A stretch of DNA of 64,000 nucleotides, from positions 19,654,001 through 19,718,000 of the forward strand of contig NW_027361698.1 in NCBI RefSeq assembly GCF_039654945.1, in the 5' to 3' direction. The translations under genes were made by a program, and so were the position numbers. Shown piece after piece: positions 40,086 to 52,485 of this stretch. Origin of the DNA: Dendrobates tinctorius (taxonomy: Eukaryota). Under the pieces are notes generated by a model. It made no database searches. It was given only the letters and a program-made list of their open reading frames with translations, and was not told where the DNA came from. Position 1 is the stretch's first letter. Each line of letters begins with the position of its first letter.

Positions 40086-41150
40086 ATGGACAACTCTTTT
40101 AACACTCGTACCAAGAAGCTTGGAACTTGGCAAGAGAGGGGCAAGATGGCAGGCAGGGGCCTGAGATCTTGGGCCGATACTACGATAGTCATGCCCAGGA
40201 GTCCATCGCTTTCTGAAATAAAGTCATCAATTCAAGTATTGCAGCAAAAGATACAGCTGATAGAATATGACCGCATGGCATACCAGGAGAGAACAAGTCA
40301 CACCATCAAGGAAAATGAGGAGACCTTAAGGCTGCTTCATGAAGAGATTAAGAAATTGAACCAGGAATTAGTTCAGGAGAAGCAGATACAATCAGACAGA
40401 GAGGCTAAGGCTAAAAAGGACGTCCTTAAGTTACATGAGAACAAGCTCCATGACACCGTCAAGCACCTAAATGCCCTGCATCACCAGGCACAAGTCCGCA
40501 GGAAATGCTTAGAGGAGATGGAGCTAATGCTCAAGCAGAATGCTGGTGTTAAGCAGAAGAATAGAAACATCCAAGAAGAACAGATCCAGCACTTCCTAGA
40601 GAATAAGCTGGAAGAGGCAAAAATGAAATTACAGGATGTGAAACACATTCGCAGCGTATACAGGAAAATCACTACCCTTTTGCAGGATGAAATGCCAACA
40701 TTCCAACCCCAGATTGAGCAACTAAAGACTGTAATTTTACTGTTTAAAAAGGAGTTAAAAGATCTCAAATTAATGCTTCATAATGTGGCAATATCACGTG
40801 ATCATGCATGGGCAGAATATCAGCACCTGAGGAAGGAATATCATAGCAAATGCATCCACAAAGAACAGATCCTGCGCAATTTGAACCACCAGGCCAATGA
40901 GAGGCGTCAGATTAAGAAGACCAAGACCAAATCTGGGGAAATAATTGTTGAAGACCAAGCTCCTACTGACTATGAGGTCTCTCTTGTAGAAGGAATAGAA
41001 AAAAGAGTCCGTACATATAAAGAAGCCACAGAAAAGATCAAGGAGGCTACTGGTGCAGTTAATGAATGTGAAGTGCTGCAGCGCTTCCTTAATCAAGAGG
41101 AGAAGCTGAAATATCTGGAGAAGGAGAAGTTAAAGGCTGAAACAACTCTG
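40086..41150 (+). CDS. ODAD3: ODAD3/CCDC151-like outer dynein arm docking complex subunit, coding exon 1 of 2 (355 codons)
   Basis: Coiled-coil ORF with motifs LQQKIQLIEYDRMAY, LNALHHQ and LENKLEEAKMK...HIRSVY that match vertebrate CCDC151 as I recall it (LQKKIQLLEGDRKAF, NALRHQ, LENRLEKAQMK...HITSVY). Ends at a phase-0 donor CTG|GTAAGT at 41150/41151. Alternative start at 40146. Probably a paralogue rather than the orthologue. Confidence 0.85.
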
Positions 41151-41623
41151 GTAAGTTTTGAGAAAGTTTCCTATTATTTTGGTTTTCTTCTTTAACCATG
41201 GCTCCTTCAGGACCATAATAATTTTTGGTTTGTTTTTTTATCAGTTCAATCCAAGAATGATAACCTTATTCTTTTTCTTCACCGTTTAACTACATAAGGG
41301 CTTGTTTTTTGAGGGCCGAGTTATACATTGTAGTGGCACTATTTGGAGTTATATATGTATAATTTAATCAATAACTTGCACTGTGGGCGATAATTTACAT
41401 ACTTACATTGTAGATCCATGACGTTCAACTTTTCTCAACCAATTATAGATTTTCCTCTTCACTGTTAGTTTATTTATTAGAAAAATATCCAGACATTTCT
41501 TAAATGCTGACAGAGTGTCCATCATTACTGCCTCTTGTGATCGGGCATTCCACAGTCTGACTACTGTTACGGTAAAGACCCCTTTCCTGTTTAGCTGCTG
41601 GAATCGTCTTTATTTCACACATA

Positions 41624-43230
41624 CAGTGGGGCAAAAAAGTATTTAGTCAGTCAGCAATAGTGCAAGTTCCACCACTTAAAAAGATGAGAGGCGTCTGTAA
41701 TTTACATCATAGGTAGACCTCAACTATGGGAGACAAACTGAGAAAAAAAAATCCAGAAAATCACATTGTCTGTTTTTTTTCCATTTTATTTGCATATTAT
41801 GGTGGAAAATAAGTATTTGGTCAGAAACAAAATTTCATCTCAATACTTTGTGATATATCCTTTGTTGGCAATGACAGAGGTCAAACGTTTTCTGTAAGTC
41901 TTCACAAGGTTGCCACACACTGTTGTTGTTATGTTGGCCCATTCCTCCATGCAGATCTCCTCTAGAGCAGTGATGTTTTTGGCTTTTCGCTTGGCAACAC
42001 GGACTTTCAACTCCCTCCAAAGGTTTTCTATAGGGTTGAGATCTGGAGACTGGCTAGGCCACTCCATGACCTTGAAATGCTTCTTACGAAGCCACTCCTT
42101 CGTTGCCCTGGCGGTGTGCTTTGGATCATTGTCATGTTGAAAGACCCAGCCACGTTTCATCTTCAATGCCCTTGCTGATGGAAGGAGGTTTGCACTCAAA
42201 ATCTCACGATACATGGCCCCATTCATTCTTTCATGTACCCGGATCAGTTGTCCTGGCCCCTTTGCAGAGAAACAGCCCCAAAGCATGATGTTTCCACCAC
42301 CATGCTTTACAGTAGGTATGGTGTTTGATGGATGCAACTCAGTATTCTTTTTTCTCCAAACACGACAAGTTGTGTTTCTACCAAACAGTTCCAGTTTGGT
42401 TTCATCAGACCATAGGACATTCTCCCAAAACTCCTCTGGATCATCCAAATGCTCTCTAGCAAACTTCAGACAGGCCCGGACATGTACAGGCTTAAGCAGT
42501 GGGACACGTCTGGCACTGCAGGATCTGAGTCCATGGTGGCGTAGTGTGTTACTTATGGTAGGCCTTGATACATTGGTCCCAGCTCTCTGCAGTTCATTCA
42601 CTAGGTCCCCCCGCGTGGTTCTGGGATTTTTGCTCACCATTCTTGTGATCATTCTGACCCCACGGGGTGGGATTTTGCGTGGAGCACCAGATCGAGGGAG
42701 ATTATCAGTGGTCTTGTATGTCCTCCATTTTCTAATTATTGCTCCCACAGTTGATTTCTTCACTCCAAGCTGGTTGGCTATTGCAGATTCAGTCTTCCCA
42801 GCCTGGTGCAGGGCTACAATTTTGTTTCTGGTGTCCTTTGACAGCTCTTTGGTCTTCACCATAGTGGAGTTTGGAGTCAGACTGTTTGAGGGTGTGCACA
42901 GGTGTCTTTTTATACTGATAACAAGTTTAAACAGGTGCCATTACTACAGGTAATGAGTGGAGGAAAGAGGAGACTCTTAAAGAAGAAGTTACAGGTCTGT
43001 GAGAGCCAGAAATCTTGATTGCTTGTTTCTGACCAAATACTTATTTTCCACCATAATATGCAAATAAAATGAAAAAAAAAACAGACAATGTGATTTTCTG
43101 GATTTCTTTTTCTCAGTTTGTCTCCCATAGTTGAGGTCTACCTATGATGTAAATTACAGACGCCTCTCATCTTTTTAAGTGGTGGAACTTGCACTATTGC
43201 TGACTGACTAAATACTTTTTTGCCCCACTG
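41624..43230 (-). mobile_element. Full-length Tc1 transposon (1607 bp, IR/DR type)
   Basis: TA on both sides and near-identical ~207-bp TIRs starting CAGTGGGGCAAAAAAGTATTTAGTCA, each with an inner AAGTATTTGGTCA repeat. Inserted into an old CR1-like fragment (~41500-43430) in the ODAD3-like intron. Confidence 0.97.
41840..42862 (-). CDS. Tc1 DD34E transposase, 340 aa, uninterrupted
   Basis: Paired-like HTH N-terminus, GAPRK linker, [14 protein letters not shown] and SPDLNPIE with 34 residues between D2 and E. Confidence 0.97.
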   Translation of the reverse strand: MVKTKELSKDTRNKIVALHQAGKTESAIANQLGVKKSTVGAIIRKWRTYKTTDNLPRSGAPRKIPPRGVRMITRMVSKNPRTTRGDLVNELQRAGTNVSRPTISNTLRHHGLRSCSARRVPLLKPVHVRACLKFAREHLDDPEEFWENVLWSDETKLELFGRNTTCRVWRKKNTELHPSNTIPTVKHGGGNIMLWGCFSAKGPGQLIRVHERMNGAMYREILSANLLPSARALKMKRGWVFQHDNDPKHTARATKEWLRKKHFKVMEWPSQSPDLNPIENLWRELKVRVAKRKAKNITALEEICMEEWANITTTVCGNLVKTYRKRLTSVIANKGYITKY

Positions 43231-44674
43231 TAATTCATGTTTCTTGGCCCTTTGTGAGGTCCTTAGAAGGAATAAATCATGTGCCAGTCCGTTGTATTGA
43301 CGACACACGTATCTGTACATGGAAATGGGAATCTATTCTTTTTAGCATCCAAAACTTGATCTGATATTCAAGGTGTGGCTTTACAAGGGTTGTTATAAAA
43401 GGGGAATATTACACTGAGATTACTGGTTTTATCTCCCTTTTCACAAACCCTAAAAAATGTTGTTTTGCAGCTTGATATTGATTATTGCTGCTTAGCTTTC
43501 TTATACCAGAGTAAACACTGTGAGCTGTGAGGATCTGCCATTGTCGGGAATGGAGGTCTAGTACGCAATATGCAGACTCCCAGGAAGAAGTGTGGCCTTG
43601 CCCAATATTAAGCGATTCTGCACCCACTAGATGGCTGCACCCAGCAGCCAGCCGCGAACATTAGACTCACAATTTTGGAATTTTTATATGTTTACGTGGT
43701 TTGCCAATCAGGTTAATTTCATATTCTTTTATGGACTTTGGCAATACCACATATGCTAATGTGTTGGAGGTGGTTTTTATGTTGTAATTTTGTTTTAATG
43801 CCTTTAGGGTACTTGAACCTGCAGTTAGTTGTCTAATTGCATATACTATATACAGAAATTCCCAACAATTCTGTTGGTAAAAATATCAGTTACCTATGAA
43901 CACCAGCCACAGGCACGTTTTCAAAAAAGCTCTGTGATGGCAAGAAATGGGGTCTTCAGCACACTCTGGCTGCCATATTAATCCATCTGTGCCCTGAAAT
44001 CATATTACAGGGGACATAGAACAAATCACCCCTGTTCTAATGTAACAAGCGACAGTATACCCCGAGTCCAGACTATACCTGGGGTTAAAGCGGCTTAGGT
44101 GTATACTGGGTATTTTATGGCCTAGGCCAATTTATATTCCAAGGTATAAATTGACCTAGGCCATGTCACACCCCCTCACGACAGATTATACGCCCCTTAA
44201 CATCAGCTTAGGTAAAAGCCCTTATCTTATCGGACAACAGTATAATCTCAGATGTAATAACTGTTGTCACATTGTATTGTAAGATCAATCTTCATCATGA
44301 GATTAACAACACACATACTTTCCCACTATATGTAAGTCAGTATTAAGTTATTAAAAATGGCATCTAAAATCTATCTAATTTACAAGGGCTCATAAAATAA
44401 AGGGGTATATTGTAGCCTCGAGGGGGTATAGTTTGGCCTAGGACAGTTAATCCCCTGGGGTGTACTCTGACCTTGGACAAACTATACTCGGGTTTAATCT
44501 GGCCAGAGGTTAATTTGGCCTGTTATAGCAATACGCCATTAATACCACTGTCAGAAATTGACAGAGGCATTTAACAAACGTAGGCAGAACTCTGCTATGC
44601 TTATGACTGTTAGAGGAAGATCCTGGCTATATGTCACCCAGTGACCGCTTATGTAATTACAAAGAGAGCATAAG

Positions 44675-44756
44675 ATCTCCTTGCAGATGTTGTCATTGGT
44701 GGGATTTGAACCCAGGTCCCCAGCACTGCAAGGATAGAGTGCTACCCACTGAGCCA
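44675..44756 (-). mobile_element. tRNA-derived SINE head
   Basis: Minus strand reads TGGCTCAGTGG (A box) ... GGGTTCAAATCCC (B box) ... ACAACATCTGCAAGGAG. The last motif is shared with the SINE at 47256. Confidence 0.7.
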
Positions 44757-44843
44757 GCAATCTGCTTAATACAAAACATAATCCATATGTTTATATTTTA
44801 TGTTACATAGATATATTACATTCAAATTTTATTTCCATGACAG

Positions 44844-45467
44844 AGTGACGTGAAAAACACAAAAGAAAAAACAGTTAATCTCCTCAAGGAAATAAAGTTC
44901 TCAAAACAAGAGAAGCTGCAAGCTGAGCTATCTGACAATCAAAAGATCTTAGAAGATCTCCAAGAAAGACTGCAACTGGAATCAAAAAATCTAAGCGATT
45001 ATAAGAAGAAGTTAGAGAAAACTCACGAAGTCCTAGCTAAAGCAACATCTGAAGTAAAGCGCTTAGAAATAAAACTGCAGCACAATAAAATATCCTGGGC
45101 CAAATTTCCACTAAAGGATCTTTCTCTAAATACCCCTGTCCTGGATCTCCTAGCCGTCATTGGCCAGAAAATGCAGAACCTACAGAAGCAGTTAGAAGGA
45201 GAAGATGCTGCAGAAATCTTCAGGGAGATGGAGGAAGAAGAGGAATTTGTAGATACCATCGAGCGCAATCTCCCAGCAAGCAACTTGCGTATTTCGTTGC
45301 TGTCACCAACTAAACTGGATGAGTCCGATGATGAAGCTGGAGGAGAAGATCGCTTTCTGATAACAAGAGAAACGATAAAGAAGATTTCAGAGCAAAGCAC
45401 CATATCCAAAAGAAAGGCCAATATCTGGTGCGAGAAATGGGGGCTAAGCGGTGTTACATACGCCTGA
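44844..45467 (+). CDS. ODAD3: ODAD3/CCDC151-like coding exon 2 of 2 (207 aa + stop)
   Basis: Acceptor TTTTATTTCCATGACAG|AGT, phase 0 and in frame with exon 1. C-terminal motifs ERNLPASNLRISL, an acidic tract and LITRETIKKIS resemble the CCDC151 C-terminus. AATAAA at 45631. Confidence 0.85.
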   Translation, partial: SDVKNTKEKTVNLLKEIKFSKQEKLQAELSDNQKILEDLQERLQLESKNLSDYKKKLEKTHEVLAKATSEVKRLEIKLQHNKISWAKFPLKDLSLNTPVLDLLAVIGQKMQNLQKQLEGEDAAEIFREMEEEEEFVDTIERNLPASNLRISLLSPTKLDESDDEAGGEDRFLITRETIKKISEQSTISKRKANIWCEKWGLSGVTYA

Positions 45468-46128
45468 GCTACTTTTGGATTCTTTAATTGTCCCATATTA
45501 AAATTACATCTAGAATCCTCCTTTAGTACTCCACATTATCTCCAAAAGAACATCAGGAAACATTTAGCTCTGATGACAACTGATACTCATAAGAAAACAT
45601 TGTAATCGCTACTTTCAGAGTAGTTTGATTAATAAAAAATACTTGTTAAAACCATCATACATTTTCTCTGTGCAGGTTTCACTCTTGGTTTTACCTACAA
45701 ATACTAATGCAAAATATTGCTGTGTGAAAGTGGTCTCAAAGCTACACCAAATCATAAAAACGGAATTCAGCAAGCTGTAAAGGGAGCGCTTTCCTCCCAT
45801 TTCAACAATGTGTATTAGCATGACATGGCTACTCAAACCAGTAGTTTGGGCAAAGGGGCACCGGTTTATACTACATCAACATTGATTGAGTTAAATAGCT
45901 ATACTATGCTGTGCTTTGATGACCTGAAATAGGTAATTGGTGAATCTCCAAGTCAAGGATTACACCTAGAATACGTCAGTTATCTGCATGATTGTCTCTT
46001 TTTATTTGCTTTATGATAAAGTCCATAACACTATTGACCTGCAGATACAGGATTCTTCTGCAGGTTAATGGCATTCTGAAGGTGTTCACTTGAACTATTA
46101 GTACACAGCCGCCACTCTCGTTGTTAAC

Positions 46129-46311
46129 CAGTGTTCCACAACTCCGGTCCTGAAGAGCCACCAGCGGGTCATGTTTTCAGGATTTCCTTAGTATTGCCAG
46201 GTGATGATTTCATTCTGGACGGGCAAGAACTCCATCACCTGGGCAATCTTAAGGAAATCCTGAAAACATGACCCATTGGTGGCTCCTGAGGAACGGAGTT
46301 GGGGAACACTG
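46129..46311. mobile_element. Small palindromic hAT MITE
   Basis: TIR CAGTGTTCCACAACTCCG / CGGAGTTGGGGAACACTG. TSD TTGTTAAC / CTGTTAAC. Confidence 0.85.
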
Positions 46312-47332
46312 CTGTTAACAGTGATAATTGCTTTGGGAATGCCAGCATAACTGAAAGTCTGCGGCTCCCAGGAGAAATACAGTTTTCTCCCTGGTGCCGC
46401 ACGTTCAGTGCAATGGTCAGCCATCTCTATAGTGCTATTAATCTGCTGATTTATAGTATATCTGCAGGTTTAACCCCTTTCTGACATATGACGTACTATC
46501 TTGTCCATGTGCTCTGGGCCTTAATTCCCAAAGATGGGATAGGACGTCATAGCGATCAGCGGCGCCCCCTCGGGGGAGCGCCGCTGATCGCGGCCGGGTG
46601 TCAGTTGATGTGTTATCAGACCAAACAGGTTCTCTTTAAGTGTGCATGAAAGTAAATTCATATGTGCTATTTACAGAGTTTTTTGCTGTAACCCAGAACT
46701 TCACTCTTGGCAGTAAAAATGCTGTGTATAAAATGCAGCCAAAACTTGCCGCCTTTTTTGCTGTGTTTTTCTGGTGGGTTACATGTGTGATTTGTCTACA
46801 GTGCTTGTAAATACAGATAGTTTTCTTCACAAAAAAACACTGCAAAAACTCACCCAAAAAATGGTTTATGCTGCCTATTTTGCTGCATTTTTGCATGTTC
46901 TGATTGTTTCCTATGGGTGAAAAAACACGGCAAAATTATGAACAAATTAACATGCTGCAGATTTTTAAAAGACACTAGAATGTTAAGGCTGAAGCGTATA
47001 AAAAAATCAGTCCGATGTTGATCCAGAAAGGTAGGAGGAGTGTCATGCAAGTACAATGTGATTTTTCTCACCTAGCATCTGTATGACATCCTAATGACAT
47101 GCGTGTGCAATCTGTATTCAATTCGTTTCTAACATCATCTTTTACATAATGTAAATCTCTATGTAATTTAAAGCTAGTTTCAAACTAATAAATCAATCTT
47201 AGATACAGATGTAGATATGATAGATATGATAGATGTATGAATATATATATATATAATCTGCAAGGAGTTAGTATTTTCTCCCCGTGTTTGCGTGAGTTTC
47301 CTCCGGGGTCTCCTGTTTCCTCCCACATTCCA

Positions 47333-50300
47333 TTTTCCAAATAACTTTATTAAATTTTTAGAATAACAGTAATATTTTTACATTGACGTTTAAATGTAGT
47401 TGTTACAATGAAACAGAGGGAAGGGAAGGATAAGGGGTTCGGAATAGGTTTTAAGTTGCTTTATTAAGACATACAAAGGGTAATACAAGAGGAAGGGAAG
47501 GAGGGGAAATATTAACTAAACTAACAGTGTCATGTCTCTTCGATATATTGGGGATTGAATAACCCCATAAGGAAAAGACAAGACGAAAACTAACAGTATT
47601 ATTTCTCTGTAATATTTTTAGGAGTAAAACCCCTATGGTATAAAGACAAGCATACATATTTTAGTACAACCTGCAAAAAAAGAGTATAAGTATAAAATCC
47701 TCAAAGTAAATATATGTAAACTTGTCGCGGTTGGTCCGAGTATCTAACCCAAAGACCAAAATGGAGGAAAGTTCAGCTTCTTTCTCAAATTATATTAGTG
47801 GAGCACGTAACCACAAACAAAGTCACTGCTAAATATAATCCAAAGATAAGGAATAATAAACTCTGACAGTTCACGATAGTAAAGATCCGAGGGAGTCCAA
47901 AATTCACGTATGGTGAAGACGGAGGTCTTGTGCCGATGGATGAAGAGTATTAGGAGGAGAGAGATTAGTGATCAGTCCGGCATTTTTAAGAAAGTCCATA
48001 CCCTCCTCCGGAGAACATATGGGAATTATCTTGGAGGCAAAGTTGACAAGTAGTGTAGACGTTTGGGACCAATTATAATTAATGCCAGCACGTCGAAGCC
48101 CAATTGCTGTCTGGAAAAATGATCTACGTTTATGTATGGTATTCCTAGATAAGTCTTTGAAGAAAATTAAATTTTTATAAGGTGACGAGAGGAAATTTGT
48201 ATCCTTAGACATACCAAGGAGGGTATTTCTCACCCAATTAGGGTAAAACGAGACAATGACATCACTGGTTAAGTCAGACGGCAAGGAAGAAGGTCTTCGA
48301 ATTCTGAATATTTTCTCAATGAGATTTTCTCCTTTAGTTTCCGGAATTAGATAGCACATCATTGAGGAGACGTACTCTCTGAGTCGGGATGGATGGATTG
48401 CCTCAGGAATGTCTCTGATTTTCACATTATTCTTTCTCTTTAAATCTTCATAATTGGACAAACAGCTTTTGAAAGAGGCAATATCTTTCTGGATGTTTCT
48501 CAGAGAGTCCGAGAGCTCATGAAGGTCTGAAACTTCTTTAGAAGACGAGAATTCAAATTTTTTAAACATAGATTTTGCATTTTGAAGAGAGATATCTGGT
48601 ATGGTATTAGGTTTTACTACACTATCCTTGACTATTATTGACAATATGTGTTTCACAAGTTGCTTAATCAAGTTTCCCAAAGCTTTGACTTTATCTGTTC
48701 CCGAGCCACCCCTACTGCTGACTCCCAAGTCATTCAACGATGCCAAGAAAGCTTTACATAGCTTAACCAGGAAATCATCAGTAGGGCAACCCTCAGAAAC
48801 TAAGACATTGTCAAGCGATAATGAGATAATAAATGTCTCCTCAGTAGCAACATAAGTTTTCTTTTGAATCATAGTAGGCTTATCGTCATGAGATATCTGT
48901 TTGACTTTGAGATCCTCATAGCTGGCAGAACTCTCCGAAAGAAAAGAGCATATCGAAGAGGCCTCATCCGTATCACTTCTGTCAGTCAAGTCAATCAAGT
49001 CACTTTCTGAATTTATAGCAGAGATCACCCCTCAGAAGACTTCTCTGAATATACATTTTCTGCCTCCTCCTCGCCGTCAGACGAAATGTATGATTCATTA
49101 TGATTTAAGCCTGACTGGTCCTTAATATGAAGCTCCTTGATAGTATATGTATAAGAAGGGTCTTGAATACCAGAATTATTAAGTCGACATCTATTTTTCC
49201 AAGTATAGCAGAAAAACAATCAATAGATTTCTTACAAGTGTCTTCAATAAGCTTATAACAACTTTCACCCAAAGATTGTTTAGAGGACGCATCTGAAGAC
49301 TCCTTTTCTGAGAAAACATAAACTGAATCCCCCCGCCCCATATTCAATGAGATTTTAGATCCATTCTTTTGTAGTTCCTTTTTAATATCAGATTCTACTA
49401 ATAATTTGCCCCTTTCATTATTTTGACGTTTCGTATAAATATTTAGCTCAGAAGAGGATAGGGCCCCCCCCCCCGCAAATTAGTGGTGATTTTATACTTC
49501 TCTCCCCATTGAATAGCTGGTTAGACATATTTGCTGTTGATATTCCCTCCATAAAACGAGTATCAATGAGGACCCCCTTCCCACAACCGGTCAGAATCTT
49601 AGGCTTTATTACCTCCTTGATATTAAGAAAAGCCCCCATAGTATCCTGCTCCGGGGAGGGTTCTCTCCACATCACCGTTCCCACCGCCAACAACCTTGCC
49701 TTGCTTATGCCCACAGCACCCGGTATAAACTCTGCTGCATCGTGCCGCAGAGCACTGCTGATATACCTGATGGAGGGTGGGATAATGGTGCATGTGGTGT
49801 AGATAGCGTCGGACCATCGGTAGGCTTGTGTAGCGACGAAGCAGGAAACTCAGCTCTGCTGTTCCCCTTCAGCCGCACAGCCGCGGCTCTCCCTGTGATC
49901 TCCCGACTTCTCTTCTGACTTTCCTCATCTGAAGCCAGGACCGCGCTCAGCTCCAGGGACCCCACCGCCGATGCCCGACTTACTGATTGGACTCCTGGTG
50001 AATCTATGTGCTGGCTGCAGGAAGACAATCCGGCCGGTTCAGAAAGCAGCGACGCAGGAGCTCTGTCCATGTTGTTTCTCTGCAGCCGCGCGACCGCGGC
50101 TCTCACCGCAGTCTCCCTGCTTTCATCTACTGAAGCAGGGGCCGCACTAGGCGTAGAGGAGCTCACAGCCGATGCTCTTCCTGTTGATTGGACTCCATGA
50201 AGGCTCCTTTTCTTCCTCCCTCCCTGTGGATCAATTGCTTGTAGCGGCGGCTTGTTCTGTTTACCTCCAGCAGGAGGAAGGTCTAGGCCGGAGATCCTCC

Positions 50301-50491
50301 CAGAGCTTCTTAGAGCTGCCACATGTTCTTTCTCCAACGGAGCTGCTTGTTTCTTCCTTAATCTTCGTCCAGGCATGTTCACCTTGGCTCGTAGCTCAAA
50401 TACTCCACAATTTAGTACTCTTCTATAAGCTTAAGTTAGGGAAGAGCTGGAGCTCCCGAGAAGCACGACCCCTCAACTCCCCTGCAAGCCC
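47333..50491 (-). mobile_element. ORF1-only L1 derivative (HAL1-like), ~3.16 kb
   Basis: 14-bp TSD CCTCCCACATTCCA / CCTCCCCCATTCCA (13/14). G-rich 5' end, AATAAA (47346-47351, minus) and a short A tail. ORF1p RRM/CTD is followed directly by a ~570-nt 3' UTR with no endonuclease or RT. Confidence 0.8.
47904..50376 (-). pseudogene. Frameshifted, N-terminally extended L1 ORF1p
   Basis: 47904-49028 contains RKNNVKIRDIPE...IEKIFR...DVIVSF...IFFKDLS.NT..KRR...GINYNW...SPEEGMDFL, typical of L1 ORF1p RRM+CTD. Upstream same-strand ORF pieces run back to MPGRRLRKK at 50376. Confidence 0.75.
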
Positions 50492-50628
50492 CCTCCCCCA
50501 TTCCAAAGACATACTGATAGGGAATTTAGATTGTGAGCCCCATCGACCGTGCCAAAAATGTCTGTAACGCGCTGTGGAATTAATGGCGCTATATAAATGA
50601 GTGGAATAAATAAATAAATATATCTATA

Positions 50629-51916
50629 TAGTGGGTATGGAAAGTATTCAGACCCCTTTAAATTTTTCACTCTATTTCATTGTAGCCATTTGGTAAATTC
50701 AAAAAAGTTAATTTTTGTTCTTATTAATGTGTACACTCTGCACCCCATCTTGACTGAAAAAAAACAGAAATGTAGAAATATTTGCAAATTTATTAAAAAA
50801 GAAAAACTGAAATTTCACATGGTCATAAGTATTCAGACCCTTTGCTCAGAATTGAGTAGAAGCACACTTTTAGGGTCATTGTCTTGTTGGAAGGTGAACC
50901 TTCGGCTAAGTCTGAGGTCCAGAGTACCCTGGAAGAGGTTTTCATCCAGAATATCTCTGTACTGCATTCATATTTCCTTCAATTGCAACCAGTCGTCCTG
51001 TCCCGGCAGCTGAAAAACACCCCAAAGCATGATGCTGCCACCACCATGTTTCACTGCTGGGATTATATTGGGCAGGTGAAGAGCAGTGCTTGGTTTTCTC
51101 CAGACATACTGCTTAGAATTGTCAACAAAAAGGCTTATCTTCATCTCATCACACCAGAGAATCTTATTTCTCATAGACTGGGAGTCCTTCATGTGTTTTT
51201 TAGCTAACTCTATGCGAGCTTTCATATGTCTGGCACTGAGGAGACACCCTGCCATAAAGGCCGGACTGGTGGAGGGCAGCAGTGATAATTGACTTTGAGG
51301 AACTTTCGCCCATCGCCCAACTGCATCTGTGTAGCTCAGCCACAGAGATCTTGGGGTTCTTCTTTACCTCTCTCACCAAGGCTCTTCTCCCACGGATTGC
51401 TCAGTTTGGCTGGACAGCCAGGCCTAGGAAGACTTCTGGTGGTCCCAATCTTCTTCCATTTAAGGATTATGGAGGCCGCCGTGCTCTTAGGTACCTTGAG
51501 TACTGCAGAGGTTATTTTGTAACATTGGCCAGATATGTGCCTTGCCACAGTTCTGTCTCTGATCTCCTTGGCAGTTCCTTTGACCTCATGGGTCTCATTT
51601 GGTCTGACATGCACTGTGAGCTGTGAGGTCTTACATAGACAGGTGTGTACCTTTACAAATCAAGTCCTATCAGTTTAATTAAACACAGCTGTCTGAGCAA
51701 AGGGTCTGACTCTGAATACTTATGATTATGTGATTTTTCAGTTTTTCTTTTTTAATAAATTTCTAAAAATTTCTAAATTTATGTTTTTTCAGTCAAGATG
51801 GGGTGCAGAATGCACTTTAATGAGAAAAAAATGACCTTTTTTGAATTTACAAAATGGCGGCAATGAAACAAATAGTGAAAAATGTAAAGGGGTTTGAATA
51901 CTTTCCGTACCCACTG
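50629..51916 (-). mobile_element. Decayed, internally deleted Tc1 element
   Basis: TIRs AGTGGGTATGGAAAGTATTCAGACCCC / GGGGTTTGAATACTTTCCGTACCCACTG+TA. Transposase remnants KVPKSTAASIILKWKK..LPRPGCPAKL and ILWCDEMK..VKHGGGSIMLWG are in different frames. A second Tc1 end (CAGTGGTGGCCAAAAGTATT) abuts at 51919. Confidence 0.88.
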
Positions 51917-52073
51917 TACAGTGGTGGCCAAAAGTATTGGCACCCCTGCAATTCTGTCAGATAATACTCATTTTCTTCCTGAAAATGATTGCAATCACAA
52001 ATTCTTTGGTATTACATCTTCATTTAATTTGTCTTCAATGAAAAAATAAAAAAAGAATTGTCTTAAAAACAAA

Positions 52074-52485
52074 TCTAATATATAAAGCTCAAAGTGTGTA
52101 TGTATGTATGTGTGTATGTCCGGGATAAGCATCCACACCGTCGCAGCTACAGCCACAAAATTTGGCACAGTCGCACGTCTGGACCCCGGTTAGTTATAAC
52201 AAATTATAATTATCCTCCATCCCATAGACCCATGCACATATACCCATCATACATATCCGCCATCCCATAGACCCGTGCCCATATACCCATCATACATATC
52301 CTCCATCCCATAGTCCAGTCCCATATACCCATCACACATCCTCCATCCCATAGTCCCATGCCCAAATACATATCCGCCATCCCATAGTCCCGTGCCCATA
52401 TACCCATCACACATCCTCCATCCCATAGTCCCGTGCCCATATACATATCCTCCATCCCATAGTCCCATGCCCATATACCCATCAT
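52074..52485 (+). mobile_element. Possible non-autonomous Helitron 5' portion with a ~43-bp minisatellite (52210-52485)
   Basis: Starts A|TCTAATATATAAAGCT followed by (TATG)n, then CCCATATACCCATCATACATATCCTCCATCCCATAGTCCCGTG-type tandem units. The Helitron 3' end was not found. Confidence 0.5.

Larger units (their letters stand above)
47256..50620 (+). mobile_element. V-SINE split by an L1-derived insertion (47256-47332 and 50492-50620)
   Basis: The V-domain GTGTTTGCGTG.GTTTCCTCCGGG..TCC.GTTTCCTCCCACATTCCA resumes as ...CATTCCAAAGACATACTGATAGGG after the insertion and ends in GGCGCTATATAAA...(AAAT)n. Confidence 0.8.

Noticed and set aside
41151-41195. ORF-track C-terminus VSFEKVSYYFGFLL of the 369-aa ORF
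   Set aside because: This is read-through past a consensus GTAAGT donor. Homology continues in the exon at 44844.
44675-44756. tRNA gene
   Set aside because: It has A/B boxes but runs into SINE body sequence and lacks a convincing acceptor stem, so it is a SINE head.
45976-46161. Possible terminal exon of a minus-strand gene (VNSVMDFIIKQIKRDNHADN*)
   Set aside because: Weak acceptor, no recognisable homology and no partner exons identified.
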